Shown here: positions 39,566-51,292 of the stretch, piece after piece
Layout: every line of letters starts with the position of its first letter
Position numbering within the stretch: the stretch's first letter is position 1
NCBI GenBank assembly: GCA_003971905.1
Contig: RSEE01000013.1
Coordinates: 434,001-498,000, forward strand
Length of the DNA: 64,000 nucleotides
Direction of reading: 5' to 3'
Origin: Moniliella sp. 'wahieum'
Lineage: Eukaryota
Position numbers and translations under genes: made by a program
Notes under the pieces: model-generated
The model's input: only the letters and a program-made list of their open reading frames with translations
What the model was told of the DNA's origin: nothing
Database searches by the model: none

Positions 39566-40615
39566 ATGGCCAACCCCTCCAACGCCTACATCATCGCCAA
39601 CATCCTCCAGGACGCCCAGGAGCTGCGCGACCGCCGCGCCCTGACCCAGTCCGCCTATACCGCCATCACCACCCCGCTCAAGTCCCACCAAGCCCTTGCT
39701 GACCCCTACCTCTCCACCCCGGGCGGACACGCTCCCCCGCTCGGTGCCTCCCCCGCCCCTGCCACCGCCACCGTTGCAAGTGCCGGTGCCAGTCCTTATG
39801 CCCAAGCCGCCCCTCCTGCCACTTTCTCCGCCCCCCCCACCGCCGCAGCTAGCCCGCCGGCCGATCCCGCTGCCGACCAAGACGCTCGGCCCTCGGTGGC
39901 CGCGCTAACTGCCCGCCTGGCTGGGCATACGTCCCCCCACCCCGGCGCCGCTGTTGGCGGCGCACGGAGCGCGAGTGGCCTGCCCAAACGCGCTCCGCCC
40001 CCTGCGCCAGCCAAGAGTCCTGCCGGGCCCAGCGAGAGCGAGAAGGGAGAGCGAGCACGGGCGCTGTGGGACTACAAGCCGACGGCTGACGACGAGCTGG
40101 GCTTTGGCAAAGGAGATGTGATCTTGGTGGTGGAGCGGACGACGGAAGATTGGTGGAAAGGGCATCGGGTAGGTGCAGTGGGCCAAGAGGCGGGACCGGT
40201 TGTTCCCAGCCAACTATGTAGAGATGATCCAGGCCCCCCTCCTGCCAAGGAAAAAGACCGCCGCCGGCCTATGGCGCAGCAACGGGCTCCAGTGCGTACG
40301 GCGCACAGAATGGTCCTGCCTCCACCTATGGTGCTCCTCCGCCCACGGGAGTAGGCTATGGAGGCTACCAGCCCTATGGCGCCCCCCCAGCCGGGGGAGG
40401 GTATGGTGCGCCGGCGCCGGCTCGTCCGGTGCCTGCCTTTCAAAGCGCGTACGGCAGCCGGGCTCGACCCTGCTCCCAATGCCCCGACTCCCGACGAGGC
40501 TCGCAACGCACGCAAGGAGAAGGTATCCAAAGCGTTGAACTCCAACGTGGGCCGTGCCGCCGTTGGTGGCGCGGCGTTTGGAGCAGCGGCGGGCATCGTG
40601 GGCAGTATTTTCTAA
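39566..40615 (+). CDS. SH3-domain protein, Lsb1/Pin3-like
   Basis: ARALWDYKPTADDELGFGKGDVILVVERTTEDWWKG..LFPANYVE. Pro/Ala-rich linkers. C-terminus GRAAVGGAAFGAAAGIVGSIF*. Confidence 0.85.
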
Positions 40616-41159
40616 TGCGCCCACCCAAGATCAGTTTCGATGGACTCTCTTGTTTGGCCTGGCTTAGGCCAGCGGGTGCGCGGGCTTGCTTCTTCTGTAT
40701 ACATCCTTTCCATCGTTGGGACGCAGGACACCTTGTGCGTTCAATGGACTTTGTGCATCTTTATTGCCAGAATTCCGGATGGTTTCATCCGGGGGAGCGA
40801 GCTGGCCTGGGGGGGAGGGGGGTTGCAGACGGAGGGACCTAACTGGTGTATTAGTTTGACTTCTTAGCTGATGATCTCGAGAGTTCGAGATCTCGGAGTA
40901 AACGGGAGCTCTCCGCGTCGATGGTGGTGGAATGCCAAATCACGAGGTGGAGCGGAGAGCGGAGACCGGAGACGGTGACGGGAGAAGGGAGTAGATGGTG
41001 ACCAAAAGGAACTTGCTGGAGAACCGGGATAAGCGGGGGGGAGGTCCATACACGTGTGTATGAGAATGTGTATCGTATCACCCATGCAGGGCGAAAAAAA
41101 AGCGAGGCAAATGAATAGGGAGGGGGGACGCCGGGGATTTTTCACGAGTCATACCGACC

Positions 41160-42961
41160 TACCTAGCCGAATACGGGTAGGAGAAGAAAAAGAGCATGTC
41201 GGACAGGTGGTAGGGGGAGTCGGAATAGGTTAAAGTGGAGCCCGACGGGGTTCGATGGGGTGAAGAGGCGGGCCCATAGGGGCGGCTGCAGTCCGCGGGG
41301 ATAAAGCGCCGGGAGCGGGAAAGGGACGGGCAAAGTCGCTGTCCCCAGGGGGAGGAGGGGCGCAGGGGAAGGGAGAGAGCTTGTGAGGCCATCACGCAGG
41401 TGACCGCCAGTACTTGGCAACCCCCCCCTGGGGGAGGAAGAGCAATGTGGAGGGGCTCGTAGGGGAGCGCAGTGCTGGCGTAAGTGCCAAGGGCGAGACA
41501 GGGGTTACCAGTCCCCCGGCGATTCCTCCGTGCGCATGGCCTGGACCCGAAGGAGCGAGGTGTTGAGAGGAATGAGAAGAATTTGGACCAGGTTGGTTGC
41601 GACCAATAAGGGGCGTCATGCTGTGGGTTTGGTTGGAGGGTTGGCCCAGGGGAGGGTAGGGGTCGGATGACAGTTTGTGTTCAAAGAGAGATACAGAGAA
41701 GGAAGTATTGCGGCTGGGGAGCATGGTTGAACCTGAGGACAAGGTCGAAGGTCCCGAAGATCCACGCGACGGTGCGTCGGATTCGGAGGGTTGCACCTCG
41801 TACATGCCACTCATAGGGACCCGTTCGAAATTGGGGTGGGACGAAGCCAATCGACCTGTTTCCTCGGCTCCCACTGGCGTAGGGAACCATAGACTCTGGT
41901 TAGGGGAAAGGGAGGGGGTATTGGAACTGTACCCTTGTGCCATCCATGATGCTTGGGAAGGATTGCCCTCTGTGGGAAAGGACCACCGCTGCTGGTCCAG
42001 AGACCAAGGATCTTGCCGGCCTTCCTGCAACTCCCGCCCATTGCCCGGTCCAGTACGGTGGGAAGCCAGCCGCAGCGGAGGGAATGGGAAAGGATCGTAG
42101 GCGCCTCCTGCTGCCTCCCTAGTCAGCTCTGAGGAAGAGGGAGAGGGACCCTCCCTCTCAATTCGAGAGGGTGAAACGTGTTGGAAGGGAGGGGCGCAGG
42201 GTAAGGGCAAGGGTCCATTTGTGGTGTCGGTACGTGGTGGTTGGGCTGAGCGGGGGAAAAGGGGATAGGAGGACCGAGATTGCTGCTGATGGTCAACGGA
42301 GCTCTGAGCTCGGCGTGTGCGTTGACGGTGCTTGAGGGAAGGGATTTCCAATCCAGCTGCTTGGTAGGCGGCCCGTTCTTTACTGAATTTGTTAATGATG
42401 CATAGAGGCAAGAGATCAGTACATGAACGTGAGAGTAAAGGGCACAGAGAGATCAAAAGCACGCCTTGGAAGGGGGTCCCCGACGCATCAAAACGTCCGA
42501 TCTGGTGCACTTTCGTCCCAAGTGAGCGCATCGCCCGCAAATCGGCATTTTGCGGTCACATTTCGTTTTCCTTTTCAAAACGTAATCGGGTGAGCGATGC
42601 TCATGCTCATGGGCACAGAGAGAGAGAAGAAAGGGCGTGGAAGGAAAGGAAAGAGGAGGGGGGGGGGGGAAGGAGAGAGACGTACCTGCGTCGGCAACTG
42701 TCGCAAGCCGGGTTTCCCTCTACGAAGAGCCGCTGCGGCGGCGCAAATTCTCAAGCGCGAGCATGGTCTGTCAAGGCTGTCCCCTGGACGGGGCAAGCCA
42801 GAGGAGTGGTTGTCGGAAAGAGCTGGGTCGCCCTCCGTAACTTCCTTGGTGCCATTCGGGGGCTCCTGTACTCGGATGAGGAGCGAGGGCACAGGATGAG
42901 TGGATGGAGACGTCCAATAGGGCGGATAGGCAGACTGGCCCGGCGGACGAGGGGGCGGCAT
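41160..42961 (-). CDS. Zn(II)2Cys6 (Gal4-type) transcription factor; zinc cluster split by intron 42685-42571; 3' end uncertain
   Basis: Splicing GTACGT..AAG gives ACDSCRRR|KTKCDRKMPICGRCAHLGRKC (CX2CX6CX6CX2CX6C). The rest is Ser/Pro-rich. Confidence 0.88.
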
Positions 42962-43299
42962 GAGTCGGGACCCTATAAGTTAGCAGGCGGGAGTGGGCGG
43001 GGGAGGATGGAAGAAGGGCGAACGGATCTGTCTGTGGGGGAATGCGCACAGTCCACAGAAACGAAAGCCGTCCAAGAGAAAGATGTGGGGTGCACTCCGG
43101 TAGCCGTGTGTGCTGGACGCTGTGGCCCTGGGGATGGGGAGGGAGGATGGGGATAAAGGAAAGAAGGAATGAACAGAATGCCGGAGCCTTTTCCCTGTAG
43201 TGGAAAGGGCAAAGTGGGAGCAAAGAATGCCGAAGGAGCAACGCAAGGTTTTGAGAGAGAGTGGTTCCAACTGTTGTACGTGAGGCGCGCTGGTGGCAA

Positions 43300-46200
43300 A
43301 TAAGAGAGACCCCCCAGACTGACTAGGTTGCCACCGCGGGGGGGAAATTTATCCCCCTGTGGAACACCACGTCACATCCCAGTTTGCGCATGCTCGTCCT
43401 CTATCCTTTACCGTCATGCCGGGGACGCGCAGCAGGCACACGGTTGCAATGACGCTGCGAAGATGCATCTGCATGATGCGTGAGGCGTGAGGGGCGTCAG
43501 GCCTGTGGCCAGCCCGAGGGTACTGCCTGCTACTGCATGGTGTGGCATGGTGTGGGAAGCTCTCAGCGGCATGTTTGGGACGAACGGATAAGGAGGAAAG
43601 ACTCAACTCAGTATACTCGCTACTTTCCGTATATACTCAGTACGCAACGTCTCAACGTCCCACGTCCAACGTTCAACGTTCAGCTCACTCGGCACTACAC
43701 AGCTCTAAGGATAGCATAGTACATTGTGGTGCCCACAACCCCGGCACTATACTAGCCCCAAAGTGAGGAACGCACCGGGACGAGGGGGCTCCAGTCACGA
43801 TATAGCCACAGTGTACTGAGAGCAAGCCCTCGGCTTGGGTAGACATATCACATGGCGTTTTATTGTTCCTTTCGGAAGAGGTGCCGCGCAGTGGGACCTT
43901 GTGCGGGGCTGCAATGCCGCGCTGCTGCCGCTTGGGCCAGGATGTGTCAAGCGCACCAGCTTAGCGCTAAGCTGGTGCGCCAGGAGGCAGACAGGTGGCA
44001 ACACGGAATCGAGAAGGAGCGAGTGGGAAGGCGGGCGAGCGTTCAGTCTCTGGACACACCGAGCGCCAAGAGCAACCCGGCCACTTGTCGAGCACCAGCT
44101 GGGTGTGCAACGCGTATGGCCGACGAGACGCTGCGCCCACGGGCGTCGCCGGGTGATAGCAACGGGGCCAGAGGAGGGGACAAGTGACTCCTCGAGTGGC
44201 TAGTGCTAGTGACCAGTGAATAGTGAAGCTTGGAGCTGGTGGCTAGTTGCCGGAACGAACAACTAGCATACCGTTTGCATTGCATTGCGTTGGGGTGCGG
44301 TGCTGCGCTGCCAGGTACCGCACAATATTGCATTTGGGTTGCCCGCAGCAGGCGGCAGGCGGCGCACCCATCATGCATCATGCACCAACGTTTCTCGGTT
44401 CAATTGTGCACAGTCCTTTTACAAGACTGCCTGGCCAGGCAAAGCCAGGCAGGAGGGGGCAGTGGCCCGTGGGCGAGACAGCAGAGCAAGTAATGCCATT
44501 CGATCGTCGGGCCCATCGCGGGGTGGGGGTGGCAGAGCGCACCAGAGGGGGCAGCAGGCGGCAGCCGTGGCCAGGAGGGCCATGTGCATACACGGGCCAT
44601 CCGTGGTACCTGGCTGGAGCATTTCCAGCGCCCAGCCCCGCTCAGCCGCTGATGTGCTCAGCCACTCATGTACATACACCATGCATTATCCATCAGTACT
44701 CAGTGCATCAGGTCGTCCCGCGTCACTGATCCCGCGATCATCGATCATCGGACTGCGGAACACACATGGCCGCCCTAGTGCTCCATCCGACGAACGATTG
44801 GGGCTCGGCGCTCGATGCGCTCGATGAGCTCGATGGGCGATGGGCGCTGGGCCATGGGCCATGGGCCATGGGCGATGATCGATGGACGATGGGCTATGGG
44901 CGATGGTCGATGAGATCACTGAGCAGTGGGTTAATGGATGTGGCTGCTGGGTGCTGGGGGCGTGTTGGCCATGAAGCCGGCCAGCAAAGGCAGTCGTTGC
45001 CGACACCATCCGTGAGCGATATCAACGTTACGCGTTACGTTAGAAAGGCAGGGTGTACATACGCCCATGGCCGAAGAATGCGCATGTGGCATGTGCATGG
45101 GAGCTGGCGCGAGGAGGCCTGAGGGCATCAATCATTGATATTCGCTTCCGATCACGGCTCACCGATCACTAATCATTAATCATTAATCATTAATCATACA
45201 TCACATCATGCATCATGCAATCATGTGTGCCACGCATCACGCATCATGTATCATGCATCACTAGTCACTGGGCGCACCATCCCCGAATCCATCATCGAAA
45301 TCTACATGTCGGGTGTCGAAAATTGAAATCCATGCCGAAGACACGGTTCCTGCCAACACCGATTCCACACTGGTGTACAAGCCATGTGTGGGATGTGCCA
45401 CTCGCCGACCCTTCGGATTGCCCGGCTCCGTCGTAGGCCGTATATCATTACGTGAGTCACACGTCACACGTCACACGTCATTAGTTACTAGTTACTAAAT
45501 ATTAATTACTAGTTGCTAGATCACTAGCCCCACGCACTCAAAGACTTTGTCACATGCGAATATGTACACTTGCTCCCGCACGCCGCACGGTGCACGACTC
45601 TCCTAAATTCAAAGCGCTAAAACCGCTGAGCCTCAGATCTCTGATCTCAGAGCCATGGCTGAGCGCACTGAGCGCTCGCTGAGGGCGCTAAGCCGAAGAT
45701 TCTGTGTGATCGATGATCTTTGAAATTTGAAGTTTAAAGTCGAAGCGACATGTCGAAAAGTAATGTTTAAATTTTAATCCCCGTCCATGTCACTATCCGC
45801 AGCCACCAGTCGCTACGTATCCTCTCCTTTTTCGCAGAAAGCACGCCGAGTCGGGCTTAAGACCATGGGGCTTTTGGATTGTGTTCGGAGTAGCAGCCTG
45901 AGGCCTCAGCCTGAGGCCTGATGCGTATGAGTGCGTGCGCGCTCAGCTTGAGTAGCGCTAAGCTTAGCCTGAGCGTGTGACAGTGACATGTCAGTGACCT
46001 GTGACATGCGGGGTCTGAGATTTGAGGGCCTAAGGACTAAGGAGATAGCAGGAAGCAAGTGGGGCGAGTGTTCGCTTTAAGGTACCGGTACCCTCGCCTT
46101 TTTCGACTTGGAATTACTCCTGTACACTCTTTGTTCTTCAGCCTGCGTCGTACCTTCATTCATACTGTCGGATGAGGTCGATGAGGCTAACATTTCTGGC

Positions 46201-49200
46201 TGGAATCGCCAGAGTCGCCGGCACCCCCCTCAATCAGATATCGTGCTTTACTAAGCGCTAATGCCGGCCATGGGCCTGGTTACTAGTTACTAGCCGGTTA
46301 CTTGGCCAGTCCGGAACGAAAGTGATTCTAGCTGCCGTGCGGCGTCGAGTACCACACTGAGAACCAAAGAGGACTCGTACTCAATATTCAAAGTTCAACT
46401 TGCAAAACAAGTACCCTGTTGCATCTTGTTGTGTGGCCAAAAAGAAAACCTGTGACTCTTGTGGCTTGGGGAAAGGGTTTGATTTGGAACTTCGTTCTTA
46501 CTATATCTACTTGTACAGATGCATGCTGCGCGCTACGCATGATCGGTGATCGGAACCTAATAACGATGATCGATGATCGATATCCTCAGGTACTTAGTAC
46601 TTACTTATTCGCGAGGGAGCGTGTGACATGTGACATGACATGTGACAATAGTTATTGTTACTTGTGACGCGTGACACAACGATTGACATGACAAGCCCGC
46701 ATCGCCCTGCCTCAGCATCCACGCCAAGTAAGAGTGCTCTCAGTTCTTAGTTGCTCAGCCCTGAGTATCTCAGTGCTAAAGCTGGCTGAGCCTCAGCGGC
46801 TCAACGGCAGCACGCACTCTTGGCCGGCTCCGCTCTCAACTCCGCCATCGGACATCATCGATCAGCGATCAGGTGCAGAACCAGGCCGATTGTATTCCTG
46901 ACAGAGTATCGAGTACTGAGTTACTGAGTTCTGATTAATGAACTGATTTCTGACCTCTTCTGGGATGTGGGATCTGGGCTCAGCGACAGCACGCGCTCGG
47001 CGCTCAGCCTGAGCGCTCACTGGCATCATGTCTCGCACCAGATGTTCAGCCACTGTAGAAGATAACTGCGTCAACGTGTCAACTTCAGTGCCGTATTACT
47101 TCTTCTTCTAGCGGGCTGGCTTTCCGGAGAGCTAAAGGCGGTGAGGCTGGTGACGCGGGTGATGCGTGACGGTACCAGGGAGGCCGCCTGAGGCCTCAGC
47201 CTGAGGCTTCAACCTTCAACTTGAAGCATGAGAGATGCAGGTGTAATATGCAACAGAATGGAATCAATGCGCCGAGATCAACACAATGCACCGGTGTGCG
47301 CGCCACCCGTGAAGTGTGATACGTGTGGCATATGTCATGCATCATGCATCATGTGAAATGGCGCAGCCATCAGTGCGTCAGTGCATGAGCGCTCAGCCCA
47401 ACATTCTTTACCTTTTGCGTATAGCACTCCGCCGTGGCGCGTGACGCGTGACGCGTGAACCGCACGTTTCCGGCTCAAACACCGGGGGCCGCAGGGTTCT
47501 TCGACCTCGTCAAGCGTGACGTCGCGGGTCATGCATTATATCGATTTCGATCATCGATCACCGATCACCAGTCATCATATGCTACCGGAGACTATCATTA
47601 TAGCACTTGGCACTTCGATGCATAAGGCCTAAGGGTACTTGGTAGGGGTTGACTCGTCGTTAACTACTAACTAGCTGTCAAAGTCTTGTGAAGCTGTAAA
47701 GCTTAAAATGCTAACCAATAACTAGAACAAGTACGCAGTAACTAGTAACTGCTGCTGGGAAAAAGTAACTCGCAAAACTATTGTAACTCGTACTCAACAG
47801 TTCTTCTGGCCCCGTCGCTGTTTCGCCGAAAGAGGGAATGTGGAGAGCTAGCACATGCTGCCCTCAGATATTGAACGTCAACGTGTCAACGTTCAACGTT
47901 GCCGCGTGACGCGCGACCGTACGGCGTATATTTTTACTCACGTTTTACCGCGTTGCTGTGGGTTAGCTGGTGGGTTACCGGTACCGGTTGGCGGGTCTGC
48001 TATCTTAGTCATATGTTACCGGTTCCAGCGTTATACGTGTTACAGGCTACCGCGGAGGGAGCATGTGTCCAGCGCTCACTGACACTTGTCTTTCACGGAG
48101 TGCTCTCCTACCTATCCGACTTCAAGCTCTTTTCACTATACGCTTCAAGCTTCAAGCTGGCTTTTCAAGCTTCAGTGAGGCTCAAGAGCGCGCCCACTGC
48201 TTCCCGCTTGAAGCTGAACCACGAAGCCTGAAGAACCGCCTGACCCTTGAACCTTGTTGGAACTCACAGCGCTCAGGGCTCATTATTCATTGAAGATATT
48301 GAAGCTTGAAGCTGAGAGCCCCAGCTGGAAGAAGTTCTTGTAGCTGGGGATACGGATGGACTTGAAGCTTAATTCATCATCATGTTGCATGTGAAGTCGG
48401 TAGGCGACCAGATATATGAGCGAGAATCCATATTCAACGTTACACTTCAATTCAGTACTTTATTCCCTCCTCAGGCGTAGGAGTTCCGTTGTTTTTGCTT
48501 CTGTTTTCCTTGTTCGGCATCCAAGCTCTGCCTAGCCCCTGGCGGCGACTCTTGGCTGCTGTTGATGCATGATGTACATCTGTACAGGCGTTGCTAGCTG
48601 GATTATATATAGTTGACCACACCACCACCAGATTGCATCTCCTTCGAGCTCGAGGGCCATCAAGACTTCAGGTCTCATCACATTCAACCTGTTGCCCTGG
48701 GACTGCTGTTAGTGGCACTTCCCTATAGTTATAGAGATTTGGTCGAATAGACTTTTGGCCTGCGCCGCACTCCCACATGGCGCCTCCACTTTGTTCCAAT
48801 TGTGATCAAAAGTGCCGCACGTGTGTATAGTAGGCACCGCTGGCGCATTCCTCTCTGTTCTTCCTTATCACCGCAACCTATTTTGCTCAACTCGTTACGC
48901 GTTACCGGTTACCCCATTCTCGCTCATCTGCTTCTAATTGCTCAGACCCCGACGTCTGCCTGCCGTAGTACGTCGCTACACAAAAACGTTCCACGACGTT
49001 AATCCCAAATGATCGATACGCGATCGATCTCGATGAGATCTCGATCATCGAGCGATCCGGATCGGCGTACATCCTTGAAGAACTTCAAGCTTAGCTCCAC
49101 GCCTGTGGCTTTGAAGCTCTGAGATCTGAAGCCTGAGTTACTGAGTACTGACTCAGTCTGAGTAGTCTGGGTACTGTGAATTAGTTGCTAGTTACAGCTC

Positions 49201-49540
49201 AGACTGAATATTGGGTACTGATGGTATTGAGCGCGTCACGCGCAACTCCATCACCTTTGGTCACCGGTCAGGGGTTCTTGACATCCACTTTCAATATTCA
49301 ACGGCCGCAGCGCGCGCGTGTGGGTTGGTCCAGGTTGGTCCGCTTTTTGCCAGACACGATGAATGATTAATGGGGCATGGTGCATGGTGCATGTGTATGG
49401 TGCACTCAGCCTGAGGCTGAGGTGGAGGGTGTGTGATTCTGAGGCGCGGGGCAGCAGGCTCTGAGACGACAATGTGCATGTCACATGTCACTGTCATATG
49501 TCACGGGCCCTGGGGCAGGGGGGTTTAAGCGCTAAGCCTT
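43300..49540. repeat. Gene-poor region dense in short palindromic period-7 repeats (A-NNNN-T hexamer + 1 nt)
   Basis: (ATTAAT-C)x3 at 45175-45195, (ATCGAT-G)x2 at 46569-46581, (ACGCGT-G)x2 at 47444-47457, ACGCGT-T-ACCGGT-T at 48897-48910. No credible ORF. Confidence 0.8.
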
Positions 49541-51292
49541 TTAGTGTAAATGGGATACATTTACAATCTCTTGATGAAGACCGTCACGGAGTCGACTCCT
49601 AAGGGTATGGTCGCTCTTGGGAGGCTTGTTGGTGCATCCGAAAACGTTGCCAGGGACAAGGATATAATAGGCCTCTCGACGTAATAGCAGGGGCGACTCT
49701 CCTTTTGAGTGGCGAGAGAGGCTGCGCAGGAACCCCAGGGCAATATAGTAAAAAACGTGTCTAAGAAAGGTATTCATATCCTCCGGGACGGGAAACGGGG
49801 TTAGGGAAGACAACGTTACCCGAACAAGGACTGCAGAGCCGGAACCGGGATGGGAGCTGAGACTGAAGTAGGCTGGGACTGAATGTGGAGGACGAGAGAG
49901 AAATGATGGGGAGATGGTTGTTCTATTCCGGGAAGAAGATTCTTAACAGAGGAACGATACGGAGAGAAAGGGGGGGGTCGGACGGAAGACATGATTACGA
50001 TGAAATGGTATGACATGCTAGTGTATTTACAATCACGCCAACACTGAAAGCTTCACGGATTGGATACGGTCTATAAAGCCGAACACTGAGCGGCTGATAA
50101 AAGCTGAAGCTGTGGAGATGGGAAGATAAGAGGTGAAGAGGCGGCGGAGAGCAGAGGAGGCAACTATAAGAGAACAGAGAGAGTTATCAGTATACCGTAT
50201 ATGCTTTAGAGAAGACGGGAGCTAAAAGACGTCCACGGATCATGGATAGAAACCACGAACACATTGCTTTCAAGGCATTGCTGGGGAGACTAAAGGGAAA
50301 AAGCACAGCACTGGAGAGGGAGAACGGGGGGCCCGGTAGACGGGACTGAGGAGCAGTCACCACAAGGCAGTCTGTCTCGGGGAGGGAACCATGAAGCGAA
50401 AGCAGACTCGCAGGACTGAGTTCCCGATTAGGACGAAGCGTGGGTAAAAACAAAACCAAGGGACGACTGTCGTCGCCACGGATTCGCAGGTCGATGGGCG
50501 CTCGCGCCACCGGACACGGTGTGGTCATACGCACAGTCGGTGGGAATGTGTGTGTGATGTGAGGCTCAGGCGTTATGTGCACCGTGAAGTGCACATGATG
50601 GTCCTCGTGGGTGATGCAATCGCGATACTAGTAGTATAGTGGTGCTGGTGGCGCTCTAAGCCAACCACCCAACACCACCCTTCATTCAGAGAGGGACATC
50701 AAGCAGTCACAGCCGCCACCAGACCTGGCTTCGGATCAGAGAAGGCAGAAGGAAGAAAACATTGGGGCTGCTGGGTTAAGGAAGGACTGCAGGGACCTTG
50801 GCCTATAACGAACACATGAAGCCAGGCTGTTGTGACCAAGAAGAGAGACAAGTCATCGCGGGTTCGATTAACGATTCCCATTCGAGGGCCTTTCTTTTTT
50901 CCGGAGTACGCCTGATCATTCAATCTGTGTTGCCACTTCTCCCATGCCAGGCTCGTGAGGAGATGATATAGTTTCCCAAAAGAGAGAGAGATCCTCTGCA
51001 GCATTGGCCCTATTGCATGCCACTTGCCGCCCTCGTATCTATATTGTGCGCATTTAATTACGCCCCAGGTTTGCCTCTCCCTCATTTCTGCTCGCTTTCC
51101 TCAATTCGATGTTCCCTTTATGTCCGTGGTTGTGATCAGCTCCATATTTTTTGAGACAGTTGCAGCCATTGATTGCGGCCACTTGGACACGGCGCAACAC
51201 AGTTCTGTGTTCAACATGTTCAACATCCAAAAGCCATAAACAAGTGTTGTGCGCTGGCTCAGGGGAGAGCGGACAAGCGACAAAGAGTCAAA

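Noticed and set aside
43300..49540. CRISPR array or satellite in the repeat-rich island
   Set aside because: No constant 23-50 bp repeat with unique spacers and no long repeating monomer. The sequence is eukaryotic and has no cas genes.
49797..49807. Telomere-like GGGGTTAGGG
   Set aside because: Single copy, expected by chance.
41160..51200. Mating-type locus (transcription factor next to a long intergenic region)
   Set aside because: No homeodomain, STE3 receptor or convincing CaaX pheromone precursor found.
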